From a virus (Duplodnaviria > Caudoviricetes), in IMG/VR virus record IMGVR_UViG_3300031992_000074, positions 1 through 64,000 of that record: DNA of 64,000 bases. One strand, written 5' to 3'. Of this stretch, positions 1-9,671 are shown piece after piece. The notes below the pieces were generated by a model. The model ran no database searches and was not told the origin of the DNA. It was given only the letters and a program-made list of their open reading frames with translations. A program made the translations under genes and the position numbers. Numbering within the stretch: position 1 is the first letter of the stretch; each line of letters starts with the position of its first letter.

Positions 1-2
1 TT

Positions 3-407
3 GATTTTATTGAAGATAAGCAATTAGGTTTTTGTTTAGGAAATGCTGTAAAATATATTTCAAGAGCAGGTAAGAAATATAAAGATAAAGAGATTGAAGA
101 CCTAGAAAAAGCAATTTGGTATATTAAACGCCGCATTAAAGAACTAAAAGATAATGAACAAAATTCGATAGATGAGTCAGAACAAGTTGACATCCATAGT
201 TTAACAAATGAAGATATAAATAAATTAAAACAAGAATACGATAAACAAATTGAAGAAGATAAGATATGGAATCCTTTCTATAAAACTCTTCATAATATAG
301 ACCCAACTTATACTCGTGAAGAATTTGAAAAAGATTTAGAAAAAGCAAAAAAGTTTACTGAAACAGAAATGTCTACTCTAATGGATTTTTCAAAAATTTT
401 AAAGTAA
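3..407 (+). CDS. DUF3310-like phage protein, 5'-truncated by window edge
   Basis: Frame 3 is open to TAA 405-407. Motif FCLGNAVKYISRAGKK...EDLEKAIWYI is typical of DUF3310; acidic C-terminal extension. Confidence 0.7.
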   Translation, partial: DFIEDKQLGFCLGNAVKYISRAGKKYKDKEIEDLEKAIWYIKRRIKELKDNEQNSIDESEQVDIHSLTNEDINKLKQEYDKQIEEDKIWNPFYKTLHNIDPTYTREEFEKDLEKAKKFTETEMSTLMDFSKILK

Positions 408-417
408 TTCGTATTTT

Positions 418-440
418 AACGGCGTTGAGCCGTTTTTTAA
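418..440 (+). terminator. Intrinsic terminator
   Basis: AACGGC-GTTGA-GCCGTT followed by a T run. Confidence 0.65.
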
Positions 441-505
441 ACTTGAGCAATGAATATGCAAACCATTCTAGCATATTTAACTCTTATACAGAAGGTGATT
501 AAAGG

Positions 506-3031
506 ATGGGACAACAAGTAAAAACAAAAAAGATTAGAAAAAGAAATGGCAGTGAACAAGCATTTGATATCAATAAGGTAAAAAATGCTATAAAGAAAGC
601 TAACGACTCTGTTGAAGAAGAATACAGATTAAATGAGCCTACTTTTAACAGTGTCATTAATACATTGATAGGAATATTAAATAGATATTCTGTTATTGAT
701 GTAGAAACAGTGCAAGATTTTGTAGAAAAAACACTTATGAAATATAATTGTTATCATGTTGCAAAATCATATGTATTGTATCGAGAAGAAAGAAAGAAAA
801 GCAAACTCTTAAATGATGATGAGGAAAAAATTGTATCTATTTGTAATACAACAAACGAAGATGTAAGCGGCGATAATGCAAACAAAAGACCTACACAAAA
901 TAATACTATGCGTGACTATATTGCTGGTGTAGAGTGTAAATCAATTGCACGTAAAACTTTACCAAAGGATATTATTCAAGCGCATGATGCAGGTTTAATT
1001 CATTATCACGATATGGATTATGCACCAGTACAACCAATGAGTAACTGTTGTTTAGTTAACACTTTTGATATGATAACAAATGGTTTTCAAATGGGTGATG
1101 CAAAAATTGAGCCACCTCATACTTTCTCAACAGGAGAAAATTTAATGGCACAAACTGCATTACATATTAGTAGTACTCAATATGGTGGACAAACACACTC
1201 TGTTGCCGCATTAGCTCACTTAGTTGAAAAAACAAGACAAAAGGCAAGACAAAAATATCAAGGATACACAAGTTTATCTGAAGAAGATAGACAATTATTG
1301 GTAGAGCAAGATGTATATGAAGATATTAAAAAAGGCGTTCAAACTTTCCAATATCAAGTAATTACAATGAGTTCTGCAAATGGTCAAACTCCTTTTATTT
1401 CTCTTGTTTTAAATTTAGCTGAAGCGATGACAGTAGAAGAAAGAAGAGATTTAGCCGCAATCATTGAAGAAGTATTAATTCAAAGAAAACAAGGTATTAA
1501 AAATAATCAAGGCAAATGGATTGGACCTTTATTTCCAAAACTATTGTACTTTATGTGTGATGGTTTAAATGTTGAACCAACTGACCCTTACTATTATTTA
1601 ACTGAACTTTCAGCAGAATGCGAAGTAACTCGTATGCAACCTGATATTGTTAGTGAAAAGAAAAGCCGTGAAGCAAAAGAAGGATTAATGGTACCAAGTA
1701 TGGGTTGTCGTAGTTTCTTAACTCCATATTGGAAGAAAATAACTTACACACAGCGTCGCGGCGAAAAAGGATTCATTCACGCAGAATTAAATAGTATTAA
1801 GACACTTGGTTTAAATGCAGAATTTTTAGATGAACCTGACAAAAACACTTTGTGTAAAAGTTTAAATCCACTTACTGCCGACGAGATATTAAATGCCGTA
1901 ATAAATAAATATAAACCAACTATCGCCGCAACCGATGTTGATAATTATTATCATATACAATTACCTGAACATTTAGTTATTTATAATTATTTAGGTAATA
2001 CTGGTTGGATAGATGAATTTGTTTGGAATAATAAAGAAATTAATATTGTATGCCACGAACCAAAAACATATGGACGTTGGAATCAAGGTGTTGTTACAAT
2101 TAATTTACCTTGGATTGCATTAGAATCAATAGAACAAGAAAGAAATTTCTTTGATGTATTAAGAGAACGTTCTGAATTAGTAAGAAAAGCATTACAAACA
2201 AGACATCAAAGATGCCGCGAAATTCGTGCAGAAAATGCGCCAGTGTTATGGATGTATGGAGCAATTTCTCGTTTACAACCAAAAGATGATTTAAGTAGTA
2301 TGTTAGATGATGTAGATTATACAACAATTTCTTATGGTTATGTAGGATTATATGAAACTTGTATGGCTTTAATTGGAAAATCAAATACTACTGAAGAAGG
2401 ACAAAAGTTATCTATTTTAATATTAAATTTTATAAATGATTTATTAGCTAAGTGGAAAAAAGAAGATGGTATTCCTTATTCTATTTATGGAACTCCTGAA
2501 GAACAAACTACTGAAAAATTCGCAAAAGCATTAAAGAAAAGATTTATTGAATTTGGAGAAGTAAAAGGAGTAACAGACCACGATTACGTAACAAATAGCT
2601 ACCACGTAAATCCTGCCGAAAAAATCAATGCTTTTGATAAACTACGTATTGAAGGTAAATTCTTACAATTAAGTAAGGGTGGTGCTGTTAGTTATGTTGA
2701 ATGTTCTAATGAATTAGATAGAAATTTAGCAGCTATCACAACATTATTTAAGTATATGTATGAAAATATATTATATAGTGAATTAAACTTCACAAATGAA
2801 GACTATTGTGATAATTGCGGTTACTATGGCGAATTAATATTAGACAATACTTTAAATGGTAAATTCTTATTCCATTGTCCAAAATGCGGATGTCACGATG
2901 CTACAAAGCTACATGCAAGACGTAGATTATGTGGTTATTTAGGCGAAGTTGCAAATGGTATTGGTCCAGATAGTCCTAATGCAAATCAAGGACGTTTAGC
3001 GGATATATTTGCAAGAGTAAAACATATTTAG
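506..3031 (+). CDS. nrdD: Anaerobic (class III) ribonucleotide reductase, 841 aa, with N-terminal ATP cone and ~109 aa insertion
   Basis: ATP cone (IRKRNGS..FDINKVKNAI), NCCLVN, MGCRSFL thiyl loop, GRWNQGVVTINL, Zn CxxC pairs, RRLCGYLG glycyl-radical motif. 8 Trp, all TGG. Confidence 0.95.
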   Translation: MGQQVKTKKIRKRNGSEQAFDINKVKNAIKKANDSVEEEYRLNEPTFNSVINTLIGILNRYSVIDVETVQDFVEKTLMKYNCYHVAKSYVLYREERKKSKLLNDDEEKIVSICNTTNEDVSGDNANKRPTQNNTMRDYIAGVECKSIARKTLPKDIIQAHDAGLIHYHDMDYAPVQPMSNCCLVNTFDMITNGFQMGDAKIEPPHTFSTGENLMAQTALHISSTQYGGQTHSVAALAHLVEKTRQKARQKYQGYTSLSEEDRQLLVEQDVYEDIKKGVQTFQYQVITMSSANGQTPFISLVLNLAEAMTVEERRDLAAIIEEVLIQRKQGIKNNQGKWIGPLFPKLLYFMCDGLNVEPTDPYYYLTELSAECEVTRMQPDIVSEKKSREAKEGLMVPSMGCRSFLTPYWKKITYTQRRGEKGFIHAELNSIKTLGLNAEFLDEPDKNTLCKSLNPLTADEILNAVINKYKPTIAATDVDNYYHIQLPEHLVIYNYLGNTGWIDEFVWNNKEINIVCHEPKTYGRWNQGVVTINLPWIALESIEQERNFFDVLRERSELVRKALQTRHQRCREIRAENAPVLWMYGAISRLQPKDDLSSMLDDVDYTTISYGYVGLYETCMALIGKSNTTEEGQKLSILILNFINDLLAKWKKEDGIPYSIYGTPEEQTTEKFAKALKKRFIEFGEVKGVTDHDYVTNSYHVNPAEKINAFDKLRIEGKFLQLSKGGAVSYVECSNELDRNLAAITTLFKYMYENILYSELNFTNEDYCDNCGYYGELILDNTLNGKFLFHCPKCGCHDATKLHARRRLCGYLGEVANGIGPDSPNANQGRLADIFARVKHI

Positions 3032-3047
3032 TAATGGAGGTATGGTT

Positions 3048-3548
3048 ATGAATTATATTAAAATTACTGAATGTGATACAATGAATGGTATAGGAGTAGG
3101 CATCGTGCTATGAGTTAGTGGATGCAGATGTAAATGTGAAGGTTGTTACAATCAAGAGTCTTGAGATTTTTGTGCAGGGCAACTTTTCACAAAAGAAACC
3201 GAAGAATATATAATTAACTTATTAAAAGAAAAGCCTTATTATACAAGAATAACTCTTTCTGGTGGACATCCATTTGAGCCAGAGAATGAACAAGCTTGTG
3301 AAGAATTGTGCGGCAAAATCAAACAAGAATGCCCTAACGTAAAAATTTGGGCTTATAGTGGTTTTTATTGGGATAAAATTAAAAATAGTCCAATAATGAA
3401 ATATGTCGATATTTTAGTCGATGGACCATTTATTGCCGCGCTATACAACGCAGACTTGAAATGGCGTGGAAGTTCTAATCAATCTGTTATTGATGTTCAA
3501 AAGACTATAAAACAAAATGAGATTGTAATTGCGGAGGAGTTGATATAA
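3048..3548 (+). CDS. nrdG: Class III RNR activating radical-SAM enzyme, 166 aa (needs TGA=Trp)
   Basis: GGAGG RBS at 3036-3040. Reads VLW(TGA 3111)[17 protein letters not shown](TGA 3162)DF with CxxxCxxC; then [21 protein letters not shown]. Confidence 0.93.
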
Positions 3549-3781
3549 TGAGTCAAAGAGTAGATAATTTAATAAATATGTTAGATGGATATGTCGGTGA
3601 TGGTGGTTTTCATCTTAATGTAAATGTTTTTAATAGAGATACTTTATTAGATGCACAAGCACATCCTGAAAAATATCCTCAATTAACAATAAGAGTTAGT
3701 GGTTATGCTGTAAATTTCATAAAATTAACAAAAGAACAACAAGATGAAGTAATAAGTAGAACCATTCACGAATCTATGTAG
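3548..3781 (+). CDS. grcA: Stand-alone glycyl-radical domain (GrcA/YfiD-like; equals PFL C-terminus), 77 aa
   Basis: GGFHLNVNV...[17 protein letters not shown]. Start overlaps the nrdG stop (TAATG). Confidence 0.9.
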   Translation: MSQRVDNLINMLDGYVGDGGFHLNVNVFNRDTLLDAQAHPEKYPQLTIRVSGYAVNFIKLTKEQQDEVISRTIHESM

Positions 3782-3792
3782 GAGGTATTCTT

Positions 3793-5820
3793 ATGTGGAA
3801 TAAAGAATGGGAAGGATTTATTGCGGGAAAATGAAGTAATGATGAAATAGATGTTAGAGATTTTATTCAATTAAACTATCAACCATATGAGGGTGACGCC
3901 GCCTTTTTGGAAGGTCCGACAGATGCAACACAAACTTTATGAAAACAAATTCGTGAATTGCAACAAAAGGAACTTAAAAATGGTGGAGTTCTTCATGCTG
4001 ATACAGACATCATTTCTACTATTGATAGCCATAATCCTGGCTACATAAATAAAGGATTAGAAAAAATCGTTGGTTTACAAACTGACCAACCTTTTAAACG
4101 AGCTTTAATGCCTTTTGGTGGTATTCGTATGGCTCGTCAAGCGTGTGAAATGTATGGATATGAAGTAAGTGACAGAGTTAATGATATTTTTAAATATCGT
4201 AAAACTCATAATGACGGAGTGTTTGATGTTTACACAGATGAAATGAGAATGGCAAGAAAATCACATATCCTAACAGGTTTACCTGATACTTATGGTAGAG
4301 GTAGAATTGTTGGAGATTATAGAAGAATTGCGTTGTATGGTGTTGATTATCTTATTCAAAAAAAGAAAGAAGATATGAATTTATTGTGCGGCGAAATGAC
4401 ACCTGATAAGGTAAGAGATAGAGAAGAAGTCGCCGAACAAATTAAAGCACTTAAAGCGTTAAAAAATATGGCAGCTAAATATGGTTGTGATATATCTAGA
4501 CCCGCTAAAAATGCACAAGAAGCAATTCAATGGTTGTATTTTGGTTATCTTGGTGCTGTAAAAGACCAAAATGGCGCCGCAATGAGTATTGGTCGTAATA
4601 GCACATTTTTAGATATTTATATTGAAAGAGATTTAAAGAACAAAGCTTTAACAGAGCAAGCGGCGCAAGAATTAATTGATCACTTTATAATGAAGCTTCG
4701 TATAGTAAAATTTATGCGTATTCAATCATATAACGAACTATTCTCAGGCGACCCTGTATGAGTAACTGAATCTATTGGTGGTATGGGTATTGATGGTAGA
4801 ACATTAGTAACTAAAACATCTTTTAGAGTTTTACATACTCTTGATAATCTCGGTCCTGCCCCTGAACCAAATTTAACTGTTTTATGGGATAAAAATTTAC
4901 CTAGACATTTTAAAGAATTCTGTGCAGACTTATCTATTAGAACAAGTGCAATACAATATGAATCTGATAAATTAATGAGAGAAAAAATGGGTGATGATTA
5001 CTGTATTGCTTGTTGTGTATCTTCAATGAGAGTTGGTAAAGATATGCAATTCTTTGGTGCAAGAGCTAATTTAGCAAAATGTTTATTATATGCACTAAAT
5101 GGCGGAAAAGATGAATTAATGAAAGATGAAAATGGTAAACATATACAAATCGGACCTAAATTAAGAACTATTGATTCAGATGAACCATTAAATTATCAAG
5201 AAGTTATAGAAAAATATACTGATATGATGGAATGGTTAGCCGATTTATATGTTAATACATTAAATGTAATCCACTATATGCACGATAAATATTCTTATGA
5301 AGCATTAGAAATGGCATTACACGATACAAAAGTACATAGGTTCTTTGCAACAGGTATTGCAGGATTATCTTGTGCGGTTGATTCATTATCTGCAATTAAA
5401 TATGCAATGGTTTATCCAATTAGAGATACAGATGGAACAATAATTGATTTCTCTATTGCTGGTGATTATCCAAAATATGGCAATAATGATGATAGAGTTG
5501 ATGAAATTGCCGTTTGGTTGGTTAAAACTTTTATGAATATGATAAAGAAACATCAAACTTATAGAGATAGCGAACCAACAATGTCTATCTTAACTATAAC
5601 TTCTAATGTTGTGTATGGTAAAAAGACAGGTAATACGCCTGATGGTAGACGTGAGGGTGAACCTCTTGCTCCAGGTGCAAATCCAATGCATGGTAGAGAT
5701 TCACACGGAGCGTTAGCTTCATTAAGTTCAGTAGCAAAAATACCTTATGATTATGCACGAGATGGTATTTCTAATACTTTCTCAACAACACCTCAGTCAT
5801 TAGGTAAGGAGGAAGATTAA
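3793..5820 (+). CDS. pflB: Pyruvate formate-lyase catalytic body lacking the glycyl-radical domain, 675 aa (3 TGA=Trp)
   Basis: RBS GGAGG at 3781. WEGFIAGKW(TGA 3832)..[12 protein letters not shown](TGA 3940), [23 protein letters not shown](TGA 4759)[12 protein letters not shown] catalytic Cys pair. Ends [19 protein letters not shown]. Confidence 0.95.
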
Positions 5821-5822
5821 AA

Positions 5823-6050
5823 ATGTACAATTTGCAGTTAGGAGATAACTTATTTGTTGAAATAGATTGCGGAGATCTGTTCATTTATAGATATGATAAT
5901 GAAAATTTATCAGTAGTAAAAGAAGTAACTAAAGATTATCTCCCACCTGTGAATGAGTATGCCGTAGAAATTATTTCTTTTCATAGTAAGCGTCATTTTC
6001 TTTTTAAACGCCAAAATGGCGCTTATTGGTGGGAAGAAATTAAATATTAG
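5823..6050 (+). CDS. Hypothetical protein, 75 aa
   Basis: ORF directly downstream of pflB; GGAGG upstream within the pflB 3' end. Confidence 0.6.
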   Translation: MYNLQLGDNLFVEIDCGDLFIYRYDNENLSVVKEVTKDYLPPVNEYAVEIISFHSKRHFLFKRQNGAYWWEEIKY

Positions 6051-6060
6051 AGGTAAGAAT

Positions 6061-6492
6061 ATGAAAAAAGTAATATTATATACATTATATTGAATTTGGT
6101 CTTTCACTTGAGGAATTATTATGACATTAATAGGATTTTTCGCCGCTTGCGGTCTTGCAATCTCAGGCCATAAACCAAAACATTTAGGTCCAAATATTTA
6201 TTTCGTTGTTGGTAAAAATTGAGGTGGAGTAAATTTTGGTCCATTCTTCTTAACTAGTGAGTATGGAGAAAATTCGACTAAATATCACGAATCTGGTCAC
6301 GGATTGCAAAATTTAATATGAGGACCTTTATTCCCATTTGTTATAGCAATACCAAGCGCAATTAGATATTGGTATAGAGAATTAAAATATTATCGTAAAG
6401 GACAAAGTCCAAAAACTTCATATGATAGTATTTGGTTTGAAGGTCAAGCAACAAGATGAGGAAGAAAAGTTTATAGAAAGGAAAATAATTAA
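6061..6492 (+). CDS. Membrane protein with HExxH (HESGH) motif, 143 aa (5 TGA=Trp); absent from ORF track
   Basis: GAGG RBS. Hydrophobic N-terminus LYW*IWSFTW*GIIMTLIGFF, YHESGHGLQNLIW*GPLFPFVIAIPS, IWFEGQATRW*G (*=TGA). The stop overlaps the thyX ATG. Confidence 0.75.
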
Positions 6493-7157
6493 TGATAGAT
6501 AAAAGCAAAATTAAAGTAGAAATACTAAAACACCCTACTGAACAAGATTGGTTGTGGGCAAAAACTTGTACTTTAAATACAGTAGGTAAAAAGTTAAAAT
6601 CTTCAACTACATCAGTAGATTTAGAATATAAACAAAAATTACTTGCTTCTGAACATAGTCCAATAAGAGAATTGTGGTTTGGTATTAAATTAACTATTCC
6701 ATATTTTATTTCAGTTCATATTGTTCGTCATCATATTGGTTGTAATCACTATGTTTCGACTCAAAGAGATGATAGACACCCAGAAAGAGAAGTTTCTCGT
6801 GAAGATTTACCGCAAGGGACTTTTGTTTCTCACATATTATCAATAAATGCACAAGAATTAATGTTTTTTATGAGAAAAAGATTGTGCAATCAAGCGGACC
6901 CACTTATGCGATATGTAGCAAATTTGATTAAGAAAGCCGTACTAGAAACAAATCCTGAGTTTGAAGGTTTACTTGTGCCACTTTGTGAATACAGAAATGG
7001 AATGTGTACAGAAATGTTCCCTTGCGAAAAAGCAAAAACTTTCCGTACTGGTTTCTCTCAAATTTTAAAAATTCTTGATAATGACGAACTTTCAAAAGAT
7101 GAGCTTGAAAATATTATTGAAATTCTATATAAAGTAAAAGAAAAAGAGTCTATATAG
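6492..7157 (+). CDS. thyX: FAD-dependent thymidylate synthase (ThyX-like)
   Basis: EHSPIRE, RHH-x7-S (VRHHIGCNHYVSTQR), FMRKRLC. Confidence 0.8.
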   Translation: MIDKSKIKVEILKHPTEQDWLWAKTCTLNTVGKKLKSSTTSVDLEYKQKLLASEHSPIRELWFGIKLTIPYFISVHIVRHHIGCNHYVSTQRDDRHPEREVSREDLPQGTFVSHILSINAQELMFFMRKRLCNQADPLMRYVANLIKKAVLETNPEFEGLLVPLCEYRNGMCTEMFPCEKAKTFRTGFSQILKILDNDELSKDELENIIEILYKVKEKESI

Positions 7158-7167
7158 GCTCTTTTTT
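7142..7167 (+). terminator. Intrinsic terminator after thyX
   Basis: AAAAGAGTC-TATATA-GGCTCTTTTT. Confidence 0.55.
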
Positions 7168-7241
7168 GATTCATTTTTGAACCAAATTTTATTCTGTTTT
7201 TAGAAACTTTATAAAACACTAATATAGAAGTGAAAAAATAT

Positions 7242-7270
7242 TTGACAAAAAGGAAATTTTATCATATAAT
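7242..7270 (+). promoter_or_regulatory. sigmaA/sigma70 consensus promoter
   Basis: TTGACA 7242-7247, 17 bp, TATAAT 7265-7270. Confidence 0.8.
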
Positions 7271-7310
7271 ATATTTGTAAATAAAAGTAAAGGAGTAATA
7301 ATAGATAATT

Positions 7311-9260
7311 ATGGCTGTAAGATATGATGAGAACAGTATAACCACATTAGATTATCGTGAAGCCGCTCGTCAATCTATAGGTATGTATATTGGTGGTAAT
7401 AGTGCCGAAAATATGCAACATTTAGTAACAGAAATTGTTTCTAATGCTATGGACGAAGCCGCAGAAGGTTATGGTAAATTAATTCAAGTAATTGTTAATA
7501 CAGATAATAATTCAGTAGAAGTAATTGACCAAGGTCGTGGTATACCTTACAAGAAAAATAAATCAGGTAAATTCGCAATTGTTGAAATGTGTACTAGTTT
7601 ACACTCAGGAGGAAAATTTGAAGGACAAGGAAATTACAAATCTTCTCTTGGTTTAAATGGTGTAGGTGCAACGATAACAAATGCATTATCAACAACATTT
7701 ATAATTAATGTATGGAGAGATGGCGAACATTGTACATTCTCTGTATTAGATGGAAAACATGGCGACCCAGTCGTTGAAAAATATAGCGGCACAAAACAAG
7801 GTTCAAGTGTATATTTTATTCCAGATGCAAAAGTATTTAATAATGCAAAATGGGATATTGAAAAGATTAGAGAAGAACTTCAACTTCACGCATTACTTAA
7901 CAATGGTATCACTTTTGAGCTTATTGTTAATACTGATGGAAAGAAAGTTCAAGACATTAAATATTTATATAAGTCTGGTTTAAAGGATTTATTATTAATC
8001 AAGAGTGAAGGAAAGAAGATGTTAACTGACATTACTTACTTCAAGACAACTACTGAACATGATAGCGAAAATGTATCCGCTGACGTAGAAATTGCTTTTG
8101 CTTATACTGATGAACCAGGCGAGCGTATTTATTCATTCGTTAATGGCGGTTATACACCAAATGATGGAACTCACGTAACAGGATTTAAGACTGCATTTAC
8201 TTCATTAATGAATAAAATGGGTAAAGAATTAGGTTATTTAAAAGATGATAAGAAATTTAGCGGCGACAGTGTTAGACGTGGATTAGTTTTATGTTTAAGT
8301 ATTAAAATGACACAAAGACCAATGTTTGCTGAACAAACTAAGAAAACTTTAAATAGCCCTTGTGCTAGACAATTAGTAAGTAAGGCAGTTGGTAAATTAC
8401 AAATAGAAAATAATGTAATTAAACAAATATTAAAGAAAATTGAAAATGAGCAAAAAGCCGAGGAAGCAGCACAACGTAAACGTGAAGCACAAGAAAAAAT
8501 AGCTAAGGGTGGTCATTCAATGAATAGTTTAAGAGACTTACCTGAAAAGTTAGCGGACGCAAGTGACTTCACAAATGCAGAAATCTTTTTCTGTGAGGGA
8601 GATTCAGCCGCTGGTGGTGCAAAGACAGTTAAGGCTAAAAATCAAGCAATTATGCCTTTAAGAGGTAAGATTTTAAACACAACTTGTAAAGAACTTGCGG
8701 ACATAATTAAGTCAGATATCATTAAAGACATCTTAACTTGTTTAGGTTGCGGAATTGGAGATAATTTTAATATAAAAAATTTACGTTATGATAAGTTAAT
8801 TATTATGACAGATGCGGACTCAGATGGTAAGCATATTGAACTATTGTTAATGACATTATTTTTACATCACTTACCTGAATTAGTAAAGCAAGGTAAAGTT
8901 TATGTAACAACACCACCATTATTTAAGACTACAACAGGTCGCGGCGAAATTAAGTATTGGTATGAAGAAAATAGTGAATTTAAAAAATATGTAAGAAATC
9001 ACTCTGGATTAGATATAATTCGTTATAAAGGTCTTGGAGAACAAGATGCAAAAGAATTATATGCAACTACAATGGATCCAGCAAATCGTAAACTAGTTCA
9101 ATTAACTACTAATGATATTGAAAAAACATTAGAATTATATTCAAAATTAATGGGTAAGAGTGCCGCAGAGCGCCGCAACTATATCATTTCTCATAATATG
9201 TTGGCTTATGATGCCGCAGATGATGATTTTGAAGATTTCGATGATTTTGATGAAGAATAA
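7311..9260 (+). CDS. gyrB: Type IIA topoisomerase B subunit (GyrB/ParE-like)
   Basis: GHKL motifs (EIVSNAMDE, DQGRGIP, GLNGVG), TOPRIM EGDSA, PLRGKILN, IMTDADSDG, YKGLGE; acidic tail. Confidence 0.93.
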   Translation: MAVRYDENSITTLDYREAARQSIGMYIGGNSAENMQHLVTEIVSNAMDEAAEGYGKLIQVIVNTDNNSVEVIDQGRGIPYKKNKSGKFAIVEMCTSLHSGGKFEGQGNYKSSLGLNGVGATITNALSTTFIINVWRDGEHCTFSVLDGKHGDPVVEKYSGTKQGSSVYFIPDAKVFNNAKWDIEKIREELQLHALLNNGITFELIVNTDGKKVQDIKYLYKSGLKDLLLIKSEGKKMLTDITYFKTTTEHDSENVSADVEIAFAYTDEPGERIYSFVNGGYTPNDGTHVTGFKTAFTSLMNKMGKELGYLKDDKKFSGDSVRRGLVLCLSIKMTQRPMFAEQTKKTLNSPCARQLVSKAVGKLQIENNVIKQILKKIENEQKAEEAAQRKREAQEKIAKGGHSMNSLRDLPEKLADASDFTNAEIFFCEGDSAAGGAKTVKAKNQAIMPLRGKILNTTCKELADIIKSDIIKDILTCLGCGIGDNFNIKNLRYDKLIIMTDADSDGKHIELLLMTLFLHHLPELVKQGKVYVTTPPLFKTTTGRGEIKYWYEENSEFKKYVRNHSGLDIIRYKGLGEQDAKELYATTMDPANRKLVQLTTNDIEKTLELYSKLMGKSAAERRNYIISHNMLAYDAADDDFEDFDDFDEE

Positions 9261-9269
9261 TAAAAATTC

Positions 9270-9298
9270 TTGACAAAAGCGAAAAAATATAATATACT
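9270..9298 (+). promoter_or_regulatory. sigmaA-type promoter between the topoisomerase subunit genes
   Basis: TTGACA 9270-9275, 17 bp, TATACT 9293-9298. Confidence 0.7.
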
Positions 9299-9331
9299 AT
9301 ATTAGTAAAAGAAAATAATAAAAAATAAAGG

Positions 9332-9649
9332 ATGGAAAGAAAAATGGAAGAAAACAAACAACAAACACCTCAATTCAATGGATGGAAGGATGCAAAGATT
9401 GATGGCAATATGCCTATTGAAGGCTTAATTCAATTTTTAAATATTTTAAATCAAAGACTAATTTTAATTGAAGACCAATTAACTATAAAAGTTGGTAATG
9501 AAGAAAATAGTCAAAATATTACTCTTACTCAATATTGGATTGAAGTACAAAAACAAGAGTATCAAAAGATGATGGAAGAATATCAAAAGCAAATGGAAGC
9601 TCAAGCAAAAGCAAAAGAGCAAACTGATAATCAATCTGACGTACAATAA
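9332..9649 (+). CDS. Hypothetical Q/E-rich coiled-coil protein, 105 aa
   Basis: ORF with upstream promoter and RBS; exact start uncertain (9332 or 9344). Confidence 0.65.
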   Translation: MERKMEENKQQTPQFNGWKDAKIDGNMPIEGLIQFLNILNQRLILIEDQLTIKVGNEENSQNITLTQYWIEVQKQEYQKMMEEYQKQMEAQAKAKEQTDNQSDVQ

Positions 9650-9671
9650 TTAAGAAAGGGCATAGATAACA

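Noticed and set aside
440-505. NrdR box upstream of nrdD
   Set aside because: No good match to the tandem 16 bp NrdR palindrome could be identified.
1730-2056. Intein or intron in nrdD
   Set aside because: No intein splice-junction residues or LAGLIDADG/HNH motif; the frame is continuous and no structured GC-rich intron core is evident.
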